Positions 9,240 through 17,065 of a stretch of 32,000 nucleotides of DNA are shown one piece after another. The notes beneath the pieces are model-generated. The model was not told where the DNA came from, did no database searches, and worked only from the letters and a program-made list of their open reading frames with translations. Positions within the stretch are counted from its first letter, which is position 1. Every line of letters begins with the position of its first letter. Position numbers and translations under genes: made by a program. Source of the DNA: Candidatus Saccharimonadota bacterium (GTDB taxonomy: Bacteria > Patescibacteriota > Patescibacteriia > 2-12-FULL-60-25); contig CP064964.1 in NCBI GenBank assembly GCA_016699205.1, positions 210,001 through 242,000 of the forward strand, written 5' to 3'.

Positions 9240-9872
9240 TCACTGCGATTCACGCGGTCCCGCTCTCAAGGCGGGATTTTCGCTTTTTGGAGGATCGCTG
9301 CGTTTATATAACTTACCAATATCGATGAATGCGTCCGCTATGCGGAATAATTCACGGGACACGGTACCACGAGCACCTACGACGTAGATCTTTCTTCCCC
9401 TGAGCTTGAGACGTTCCAGCGGTGCGTAAAAATCCGAATCGCCCGAGAAAATCATAAATCCGGAAGCTCGATCAGCGTCGTCCATGAGGTCCATCGTCAT
9501 CTCAACGTCAAAATTGCATTTGGGTTCTTCGATGAGTGTGCCGGCGGATTGAACGGACTCCACAACACTTTTCATGAGTGTGGTCGTTCCAAGGTCTAAT
9601 TGGTTCAATGTCATCTTTTTAAAAAAGATCCCCAAGTCTACCGTTTTGCGAATGAACTTAACGGGCTTTGTACGTAGAATGGCACCAGCTTCCATGACAT
9701 CACTGTTAAATGCTTCTGATTGTGATAGCGATCGTTCATTCGTTCCGTAGTACGCCTTTACTTCTCGAACATTTTGCAACGCTCTTAGCTGTTCCACGAG
9801 ACGAACGACACGGACCTTCCACCCGAGCCTCTTTTGCCAACCAATAATATTAGCCACGTCTAAATAAGCCAT
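9240..9872 (-). CDS. NYN-domain (LabA/DUF88-like, PIN-fold) putative ribonuclease
   Basis: The motifs AYLDVANI, CNFDVEMTMDLMD and MIFSGDSDFYAPLERLKLRGRKIYVVG match the NYN acidic-residue pattern. The ATG at 9872-9870 overlaps the hsdM stop as TAATG. An alternative ATG at 9896 would add 8 aa. Confidence 0.85.
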   Translation of the reverse strand: MAYLDVANIIGWQKRLGWKVRVVRLVEQLRALQNVREVKAYYGTNERSLSQSEAFNSDVMEAGAILRTKPVKFIRKTVDLGIFFKKMTLNQLDLGTTTLMKSVVESVQSAGTLIEEPKCNFDVEMTMDLMDDADRASGFMIFSGDSDFYAPLERLKLRGRKIYVVGARGTVSRELFRIADAFIDIGKLYKRSDPPKSENPALRAGPRESQ

Positions 9873-11332
9873 TATGGCTGTTTCTTTTTCAAGCATTGAG
9901 CGCCAGTCAGAGCTCCCACATATCGGCCTGGGGTCAGGACAAAGCCGTTCTTCTCCACCTCAGAGATCTTGGCCGCCTTGGAGAAACCTTTAACATCAGT
10001 ATAGGTGCAATCTTTCTTTCTCCAGCAATGATATGCTTCGGAAATCTTCTCGATGTCTTCAGCCGTAAGCTCGCGGTTCTTACGACTGACCATGGTCCCC
10101 ATTTTACGAGCGTCGATAAACAGAATTTCATCGTGACGATCACGAAACTTGTGATTATGGCGGTCACGCGAGACGAACCAGAGACAAACAGGGATCTGTG
10201 TCGTGTAAAAAAGCTGTGTCGGCATCGCAACAATACAATCGACCAGACCGTTCTTAATTAAATTCTTTCGAATTTCCCCTTCTCCGGAGGAATTAGACGA
10301 GAGCGAACCGTTAGCCAACACAAAACCAGCGATGCCTGCAGGCGAAAGATGATGAACCATGTGCTGGATCCAGCCATAGTTCGCATTTCCAGCAGGAGGA
10401 ACGCCGTATTTCCATCGGACATCATCTTTCAAACGCTCCCCTCCCCAATCGCTAATGTTGAACGGTGGATTTGCGAGAATGTAATCAGCCTTCAAATCTT
10501 TATGAAGATCGTTGTGAAATGTGTCGGCGTGATGGGGGCCCAGATTTCCGTCGATTCCACGGATAGCAAGGTTCATCTTACAAAGTCGCCAGGTTGTTGG
10601 GTTTGATTCTTGCCCATAAACCGAAATGTCATGCTTGTTACCGCCATGAGCTTCGACGAATTTCTCACTCTGAACAAACATGCCACCACTACCACAGCAG
10701 GGATCGTAAATGCGTCCCTTGTAAGGCTCTAGCATCTGAACGAGAAGCTTCACTACGCATTGCGGAGTGAAAAATTCCCCACCTCCTTTGCCCTCGGCGG
10801 AAGCAAAGCGACCCAAAAAATATTCATAGACCCGTCCCAGAATATCTTTGCTGCGACTCTCCTTGTCTCCAAGACCAATCCCGCTAACCAGATCGATCAA
10901 TTCTCCCAATCTCACCTTGTCGAGATCAGGACGCGCATAGTTCTTGGCTAGCACTCCTTTTAAGCTCGTATTGTCTTTCTCAATCGCAATCATCGCATCA
11001 TCAACCAATTTTCCAATCTCGGCTTTCTTTGCATTGTCTTTAAGGAATTGCCATCGTGCATCAGAAGGCACCCAAAAGACATCTTCAGCGAGATAGGCGT
11101 CCTTATCCTCTTCTTGACCTTCGTAATAATCCTTGTCTTTAAGGATACCTTGATACACCTCGTCAAAGGAGTCGGAAATATATTTTAAAAAAATTAAACC
11201 GAGTACAACGTGCTTGTACTCGGAAGGATCCATGTTGTTGCGCATCTTATCGGCAGCAGCCCAAAGCTTTTCTTCAAAGCCGATATTTGCTCCGGAATTC
11301 TTTATGCTTTTTTTAGCCATAATCATAGACAT
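9872..11332 (-). CDS. hsdM: type I restriction-modification N6-adenine DNA methyltransferase subunit
   Basis: It has an HsdM N-terminal domain ([40 protein letters not shown]), the SAM motif DPCCGSGGM and the catalytic NPPF. Possible starts are ATG 11332, 11326 or 11320. Confidence 0.95.
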   Translation of the reverse strand: MSMIMAKKSIKNSGANIGFEEKLWAAADKMRNNMDPSEYKHVVLGLIFLKYISDSFDEVYQGILKDKDYYEGQEEDKDAYLAEDVFWVPSDARWQFLKDNAKKAEIGKLVDDAMIAIEKDNTSLKGVLAKNYARPDLDKVRLGELIDLVSGIGLGDKESRSKDILGRVYEYFLGRFASAEGKGGGEFFTPQCVVKLLVQMLEPYKGRIYDPCCGSGGMFVQSEKFVEAHGGNKHDISVYGQESNPTTWRLCKMNLAIRGIDGNLGPHHADTFHNDLHKDLKADYILANPPFNISDWGGERLKDDVRWKYGVPPAGNANYGWIQHMVHHLSPAGIAGFVLANGSLSSNSSGEGEIRKNLIKNGLVDCIVAMPTQLFYTTQIPVCLWFVSRDRHNHKFRDRHDEILFIDARKMGTMVSRKNRELTAEDIEKISEAYHCWRKKDCTYTDVKGFSKAAKISEVEKNGFVLTPGRYVGALTGAQCLKKKQP

Positions 11333-11374
11333 TATCCCTTCCCCGCCTCCACTTTACAAGCTACCCTTCCCCTC

Positions 11375-12118
11375 ATGCCCTCCCTCCTCCATTTAGGTTC
11401 CAAACGCGGCTTCCGCGATCACGACTGGCTCCAAACCGCCCACTCTTTTAGCTTCGGTAACTACTGGGACCCCAGCAAAATGGGCTTCGGCCTTTTGCGT
11501 GTCTTGAATGACGATACGATTCAAGGCGGCGTCGAGTACGAGGTTGGGAATGATAAACCGCAGCGATTAGGTTTTGGACTGCATCCGCATCGCGATATGG
11601 AGATTGTGACCATTCCCCTGTCGGGCCGAATCGAGCATAAGGATAACTTTGGCCATCACGGCATTATCGGTCCTGGCGATGTACAGGTCATGAGTGCGGG
11701 AACGGGAATTACGCACTCGGAATTTAATGCGTCGGAGACGGAGCCGGTATCTTTGATTCAGCTTTGGGTTGAGACGGATGCGCTCGATCATGAGCCGCGT
11801 TACGAGGATCGAACGTTTCCTAAGGCCGAGCGTAACGCGTGGCAGCTGCTCGTCTCCCCTGACGGACGCGAGGGGTCGCTTTGGATTCATCAGCAAGCCT
11901 TTTTCAATCTTGGCGAATTTGATGCGGATCAATCAACGAAATACGTACTGCGTGATGCCAAGCACGGCGTTTATGTTTTTGTGATCGAGGGCGAAGTTGA
12001 AGTCGATGGCAATACGCTTGGTAAACGCGATGCGATCGGGATTTGGGGCGAGAAGGAAATCGAACTCAAAATCAAACAGGACTCGAAAGTCCTGTTGATT
12101 GAGGTGCCGATGAGCTAG
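11375..12118 (+). CDS. pirin-family cupin protein
   Basis: Starts at ATG 11375 (MPSLLHLGSKRGFRDHDWLQTAHSFSFGNYWDP...). Contains HPHRDMEIVT and VQVMSAGTGITHSEFN. The track ORF start at 11210 would overlap hsdM and adds non-homologous sequence. Confidence 0.85.
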   Translation: MPSLLHLGSKRGFRDHDWLQTAHSFSFGNYWDPSKMGFGLLRVLNDDTIQGGVEYEVGNDKPQRLGFGLHPHRDMEIVTIPLSGRIEHKDNFGHHGIIGPGDVQVMSAGTGITHSEFNASETEPVSLIQLWVETDALDHEPRYEDRTFPKAERNAWQLLVSPDGREGSLWIHQQAFFNLGEFDADQSTKYVLRDAKHGVYVFVIEGEVEVDGNTLGKRDAIGIWGEKEIELKIKQDSKVLLIEVPMS

Positions 12119-12119
12119 T

Positions 12120-12602
12120 TTATTTGACCGGGCCAAACATGTAGACGTTCAACGACTTTAATCCGGTAAGTACGAGCGACTCTTCATCCGCTCCAACGGC
12201 CATTCCATCGGACAAATCCGCGGCAAAAGCCGACTCCACCTCCCCTGGCAAACCTTCACAGAACATCAGCGTGGAAACAACTTGCGGGGCCGAGAGCTTA
12301 CCATCGCTGATCGTGTAGCCGCCGCTCATGTTGTTACAAATTTTGGCTGCAAGATCGCCATCTTTACCAAGTCGGAGCGTAAAATTTAATGCTGAAAGAT
12401 CCTGCTGCTTTTCTCCTTGTGCAGGCTTTTTGAATAGCATCATCTTCCATGTCCCTTGTCCGACCGTGGATGTCGTTGGTTGCGTGGGTTTGACTTGCGT
12501 ACCGTCACCATATCCTGGAATCGGTGCGTTATTGGAAGGAAAGGAACAACCAGCTCCCAAGAGAGAAACAACCGCCAACAATCCGAGAGCGCGCTTATAC
12601 AT
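12120..12602 (-). CDS. META-domain (HslJ-like) lipoprotein
   Basis: Signal peptide plus lipobox (LLGAGCS). META-type core (KICNNMSGGYTISDGKLS...MFCEGLPGEVESAF). Confidence 0.8.
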   Translation of the reverse strand: MYKRALGLLAVVSLLGAGCSFPSNNAPIPGYGDGTQVKPTQPTTSTVGQGTWKMMLFKKPAQGEKQQDLSALNFTLRLGKDGDLAAKICNNMSGGYTISDGKLSAPQVVSTLMFCEGLPGEVESAFAADLSDGMAVGADEESLVLTGLKSLNVYMFGPVK

Positions 12603-12625
12603 AGGGAAGAGAACGGATTAAACGA

Positions 12626-13111
12626 TTAGTACATCTTGCCGTCCTCCGTGCCGGAAGCGCCGTCGCGCTCAAAAACGAAGACCGCTGCCCCTTGCATCAC
12701 GAGATTCTCGCCTTGTTTTGAAATGGTGTAGTTGGTCGTGAAACCGGATGTAAAGGCACTCTCAACTTCTCCAGGCAAACCTTCGCAGAACATCTTGGTT
12801 TGCATGACGGCGCCAAACTTCACCAAATTATCCTCGACGGTGTACGGTCCATTCATCGTGTTACAAATCTTTCCATTCATCTTTTCACCATCAAATTTGG
12901 CCGTGAGCCCCAATGCAGAGACGTCTCGCGCCTGTCCGCCGACCATCTGAATCGATTTCATCTTCCAAGAACCGGTCATAAACTGACCCATCGACATCTT
13001 GCCTTCAGGAGCAGCCGGCTTTTCAGCGTTCGGCATTGGCGATGGGGTTGAAGCGGCACAGCCGGCGCCCATGAGCGCGACCATCGAGACGGCGATGAGA
13101 AGTTTTTTCAT
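12626..13111 (-). CDS. META-domain (HslJ-like) lipoprotein, paralog of 12120..12602
   Basis: ATG at 13111 (MKKLLIAVSMVALMGAGCAAS, lipobox). Core KICNTMNGPYTVEDNLVKF...MFCEGLPGEVESAF. The longer track start at 13147 would overlap the HIT gene. Confidence 0.8.
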   Translation of the reverse strand: MKKLLIAVSMVALMGAGCAASTPSPMPNAEKPAAPEGKMSMGQFMTGSWKMKSIQMVGGQARDVSALGLTAKFDGEKMNGKICNTMNGPYTVEDNLVKFGAVMQTKMFCEGLPGEVESAFTSGFTTNYTISKQGENLVMQGAAVFVFERDGASGTEDGKMY

Positions 13112-13121
13112 ATGTGGAGGA

Positions 13122-13526
13122 TTATAGCACTTGGCGAATTTTCTCACCGATCTGCTTTAGCGATTCTTGATCTTCCGATTTTCCATGCCAGAGCTGATAA
13201 CCATCGTCAGCAAAACGCGGGATGACGTGGAAATGAAGATGGAAGACTTTTTGCCCGGCTGCCTCGCCATTGTTTTGGTGGAGGTTGATGCCATCGGCGC
13301 CTGTCGCCTCTTTCACGGCTTTGGCGACTTTTTGCACGGCCTTGATGACGTGAGCGAGAATCTCCGGATCCGTATCGAGCAAATTCTCTGACCAAACTTT
13401 TGGCACAACAAGCGTGTGGCCGAGATGCACCGGGGTAATGTCGAGAAAGGCAAAAGCGTAGTCGTCTTCATAAACTTTCTCGCAAGGAATTTCTCCGGCA
13501 ATGATTTTTGAAAAAATAGTTTCCAT
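13122..13526 (-). CDS. HIT-family (histidine triad) nucleotide hydrolase
   Basis: 134 aa. N-terminal FSKIIAGEIPCEKVYEDD and the histidine triad HLHFHVIPR. Confidence 0.9.
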   Translation of the reverse strand: METIFSKIIAGEIPCEKVYEDDYAFAFLDITPVHLGHTLVVPKVWSENLLDTDPEILAHVIKAVQKVAKAVKEATGADGINLHQNNGEAAGQKVFHLHFHVIPRFADDGYQLWHGKSEDQESLKQIGEKIRQVL

Positions 13527-13530
13527 AATG

Positions 13531-13977
13531 TTATCGCATAAATACTGAAGTCTCGTCGATTTCTATTCCGTCATCGGTGATGGTGATTATCTCCTCACTA
13601 ATCACAACCTCCCTCTCCTTACGAAGGAGAGGGACCGAGGGTGAGGTGGTGACCAAGGCTATCGTCGCCCCCATCAATGCCATCGCTAGCGCTCCAAAAA
13701 GCATCAGTCCGGATGCCGATGTTCCAAACATAAACCAAGCGTAAGCGAGCAGCAACGCAAAAATCGGGATTAGCAAGATGATGCGTGTTCGGCTCTTCTC
13801 TTCAATCAATGGACTGATAATGGCGATGACGAGCGTCACGAGGACGAGAATATGCAGATTGAAATACGGGAGAATCGATGATGGCAGCAAAATCTCCGAG
13901 AGCAGCAAAAGCATGGTCACGAGCACGAGTGCGGTCGCGATTTGGCGGAATGCAAAGCGGAGCCAGGCGATTACCAT
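13531..13977 (-). CDS. small multi-pass membrane protein carrying an in-frame repeat insertion
   Basis: 148 aa with about four hydrophobic helices and an acidic C-terminal tail. Codons TTSPSVPLLRKERE(V) are encoded by repeat family 1 copy c. It overlaps the upstream gene by 7 nt. Confidence 0.6.
   Translation of the reverse strand: MVIAWLRFAFRQIATALVLVTMLLLLSEILLPSSILPYFNLHILVLVTLVIAIISPLIEEKSRTRIILLIPIFALLLAYAWFMFGTSASGLMLFGALAMALMGATIALVTTSPSVPLLRKEREVVISEEIITITDDGIEIDETSVFMR
13608..13649 (-). repeat. hairpin repeat family 1, copy c (inside a CDS)
   Basis: The reverse complement reads CCACCTCACCCTCGGTCCCTCTCCTTCGTAAGGAGAGGGAGG. It is 42 nt, a multiple of 3, and keeps the host ORF open. 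Confidence 0.8.
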
Positions 13978-15434
13978 AGTCTTGAGAGAATCGCGCTTGC
14001 TTCACGACGCAGCGTCACCATCAATTGTGGAATCGATAGGGCCGGACGGCGATAGGTGATGGTGGCAGCGCGAATATCAAAAGCGCCGCTACGCGATACA
14101 ACACCCGGCAAAGCAAGCGAGAACTTTAAATCGTCCGGTGCTCTTGGGAGCGTAAAATCGGCTGAGACGCGCCACCAATCGCTTCCGAGATCCGTTGGCT
14201 TCTCATATGGCGTGAGGACGGCTGTGATGCCTTCTGCGACAGGATTTGTATCAGCGGTGAGACGGCGCGGGCGAGGGAGAAAGGCGGCGCTTTGGTCGAA
14301 GGCGAAGAAGCCATCGCCGATGACGCGCACATTCCCCTTCCCTGCCGACAATGTCTTCCAGCCGGATTGTTCCGATGCACTGCGGCTTAGCACGAATGGC
14401 GTATGTGTTTTGTCGATTTTCAACGATGCGTTGCCGAGCGATACGGTTTGCATTCCTTCATTGTGAAATGTGTCGACAACGGTATGAATCGAGTTGGTGT
14501 ATACAGCGAGCGGCGTCGAAGTTGCACGGTAGCCGACGGTATCGCCAACGTAGAGACGCGGACCAATGACCCAGCGTTTGCTGCGCGTGGAGATTGAGCG
14601 GATAAAGAAGTCGTCGTCGGCGACAAAGGAGAGTTTGTAGACGCCGGGAGCGAGATCGCTGACGCGGATGGTTTTTTCTACCGGCTCGCTCATGCGTGTG
14701 TCGATGACGCCGCTCACGGAAACGGATTCTGTGTAGAGAATGTCATCGCCGTGGGTTAGGCGGAAGGCGGCGGTGTTTTTTGGATCACGGGAACGGTTTA
14801 CGTCTTGGATCAGGAATTTGTATTCGATAACGCCGTCGGCAGGGACAACGTGAAAATCGTGGCCGCCGCGTAGGGAGATGTCGAAGCTTTTCCAAGTACC
14901 AGCGGAATCGCTTAAGATCGGCTCGCTTGTTGTTGCTTGCCAGACGAGGAGTTTTTCAAAATTGTTGGCGAGGAGTTCGCTGTCAGCTAGACCGTCTCGA
15001 ACGAAACCTCGCTTATCGCCAAGAGCGACCGGATGCCAGCCGCGGGATAGCGCCTCGCTCCACAATGGTTTTACTTCAAAGGCGAAACTGGCTTCATCGC
15101 GGAGAATGCCGAGCTCGGCGAGCGGTTGGCGGGTGGTGCGGATATCAAAAGAGATACCGACCGTGTCATAAGCTCCTGGTACGCGAGCGCTGCCGTAAAC
15201 CGGCTCTTGAAGGATGCGCTGACCGATCCAGCCTTCTGGCTGTTGTCCTGGCGAGGTTACGCGTTCTCCGGGTTGAAAGGGATTAAACCAAGGGCTCCGG
15301 CCGTCAAAGGCAAAATTGAATTTGGCGATACCGTCGAGAGGAAAGCGCTGCGACAAAATCCAGCCCGCGAATAAAAGCGCCGGGATCCAAATAAGGATGA
15401 TCGCGATCAACCTCGACCAAATTGGAAGCTTCAT
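13971..15434 (-). CDS. membrane-anchored hypothetical protein (N-terminal TM, large extracytoplasmic part)
   Basis: 487 aa with an N-terminal helix (LIAIILIWIPALLFAGWIL). No motifs recognised. Its start overlaps the stop of the upstream GT-C-like gene by 4 nt (ATGA). Confidence 0.6.
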   Translation of the reverse strand: MKLPIWSRLIAIILIWIPALLFAGWILSQRFPLDGIAKFNFAFDGRSPWFNPFQPGERVTSPGQQPEGWIGQRILQEPVYGSARVPGAYDTVGISFDIRTTRQPLAELGILRDEASFAFEVKPLWSEALSRGWHPVALGDKRGFVRDGLADSELLANNFEKLLVWQATTSEPILSDSAGTWKSFDISLRGGHDFHVVPADGVIEYKFLIQDVNRSRDPKNTAAFRLTHGDDILYTESVSVSGVIDTRMSEPVEKTIRVSDLAPGVYKLSFVADDDFFIRSISTRSKRWVIGPRLYVGDTVGYRATSTPLAVYTNSIHTVVDTFHNEGMQTVSLGNASLKIDKTHTPFVLSRSASEQSGWKTLSAGKGNVRVIGDGFFAFDQSAAFLPRPRRLTADTNPVAEGITAVLTPYEKPTDLGSDWWRVSADFTLPRAPDDLKFSLALPGVVSRSGAFDIRAATITYRRPALSIPQLMVTLRREASAILSRLW

Positions 15435-17047
15435 GGTTTTACGGGTTGAAGACGGTAGAGTTTTTCGCGGCCAAATGAAGCGAGCTCAACTGGCTCTAGA
15501 CCAACTTTGCGCCACAAATCTGCTTGCGCTTGGGCCATGGGACGCACATATAATCCAAGCCCCGTCCCCTGCGCTACGGCTGCGGAAAGAAGAGAGGCTT
15601 CATCGATTGGCGGCAGAGGCGAGACGGCGCGATAAACGGGAAAGAAAATCTTGTCTGAACGTTCGGAAAGAATGACGTCGCCCGGCTTAAACCATTGGCT
15701 CATGGCTTGGCGAATCTCGGTGTATCGGACCAGCTCTTTGCGGCCCGCGATCAAACCTTCTTCATCGGCAGCGTAGGCGCGCCAAATTCCCGTAAACGCG
15801 AGGAGAACGGCGATAGCGATAACAACAGGACGGCCGTACTTGGAGATCGATGCGAGTCGATAGATCCACGCGAGAGAAAGCGCGCTGATAAATCCGATCG
15901 GCATGAGGTAGCGAATATAGGAATTGCCGATGGTTGCATTGCCGTTGATATTATCGAGATAGCGGCCGTTTCCGTAATACAAGACGAGGAAAGAGAATGT
16001 CCAAAGCGCGGCGAGGAAATACTTGCCTCGCGTGCCTGAAACAAATTTCTTGAGTCTTGCCTGCCAACTTGGCTGGGAATCGTCTTTCACGATACCGATG
16101 GTTACGAGCGCAAACATGATGAGCAACGGCACCATCCACGGGAATAGTGTCATTCCGAGGAAGGAGTAGGCATTGGCCGCGATCGACTTAGGATGAATGC
16201 CGAATGGGAACAATTCTGGAGAGTAGATATTTTGTGGAATTGGGGCCGTGGTTGTGATGAGGCTATTCCCCTTCATCCAATAGCCCGCCTTCCAGAAACC
16301 GCCGTATGCGACTTGGGCTTCCCAGGCCAAGGGAGCCAACGCGAGAAAAAGACCAAGAACTATCCACAGAGACTGTTTTAGCGATGGGCGCCAATTCCAA
16401 CCAAGGACGATAAACCAAGGAATGATCCAAACAGACTCGACGGGACGGATCGCGAGCATCAAACCAGATAAAAGACCAAAGAGTATAAATTTGATTCGAT
16501 CTGGCCATGCATCGGACTTGGCCGGAACGACGAGATCGCGGAACATCCAGGCGCTCCAGATAGCCAATGCAATGATCGCAGCGTTTGGAAACAGCGAACG
16601 ATTTCCATACAACAAGAATGCAGGCGAAGTTACGGCGATGATAGTGCCGATGAATGCTGGTGCTTTTCCGATGGGACGCATTAAGCGATACATCGGATAG
16701 ATGCACGAGAGGATAATAAGCATCGCACCGATCGGAGCTGATGAAGTACCGAGAATTCTAATGAACCATGAAATGATCCATGGCCAGCCGAGGAAGCCGA
16801 CGGGAACGATCGCCGCCTCATGCGAGATCCAGCTACGCGGATGTAGCCATGGGATCGAGGTCGCGAGATTCTCATCGATAATCGCCTTCCCCTGTTCTGC
16901 CCATTGTTTGGCTGCGACAAAGACGCCGGTTTCATCCGGAGAAAGGAAGACGTTTAGCCCAGAAAATGGCAGATATGACAGCAATAAACCCGTGACCGCA
17001 AAAAGGGCAGCGAGGCCTAGCCATTCGCGTTTTTCCAACCGTTCCAT
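15431..17047 (-). CDS. polytopic membrane glycosyltransferase, GT-C fold (ArnT/PMT, family-39-like)
   Basis: 538 aa with more than 10 hydrophobic helices. An acidic SPDE motif sits in the first loop, as in GT-C enzymes. The family call is by general architecture only. Confidence 0.5.
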   Translation of the reverse strand: MERLEKREWLGLAALFAVTGLLLSYLPFSGLNVFLSPDETGVFVAAKQWAEQGKAIIDENLATSIPWLHPRSWISHEAAIVPVGFLGWPWIISWFIRILGTSSAPIGAMLIILSCIYPMYRLMRPIGKAPAFIGTIIAVTSPAFLLYGNRSLFPNAAIIALAIWSAWMFRDLVVPAKSDAWPDRIKFILFGLLSGLMLAIRPVESVWIIPWFIVLGWNWRPSLKQSLWIVLGLFLALAPLAWEAQVAYGGFWKAGYWMKGNSLITTTAPIPQNIYSPELFPFGIHPKSIAANAYSFLGMTLFPWMVPLLIMFALVTIGIVKDDSQPSWQARLKKFVSGTRGKYFLAALWTFSFLVLYYGNGRYLDNINGNATIGNSYIRYLMPIGFISALSLAWIYRLASISKYGRPVVIAIAVLLAFTGIWRAYAADEEGLIAGRKELVRYTEIRQAMSQWFKPGDVILSERSDKIFFPVYRAVSPLPPIDEASLLSAAVAQGTGLGLYVRPMAQAQADLWRKVGLEPVELASFGREKLYRLQPVKP

Positions 17048-17065
17048 ACATGCTAACCTTACCTC

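Noticed and set aside
11210-11374. N-terminal 55 codons of the track ORF 11210..12118 (the pirin gene).
   Set aside because: The extension overlaps the 5' end of hsdM on the other strand and has no pirin-like sequence. Pirin homology starts right after the ATG at 11375.
17048-17065. Only 18 nt separate the divergent starts of the GT-C-like gene and the secreted-protein gene. There is a possible leaderless mRNA with TAACCT 6 nt upstream of ATG 17066.
   Set aside because: The -10 match is weak and there is no -35. Start-codon assignments are themselves uncertain. This is not enough to call a promoter.
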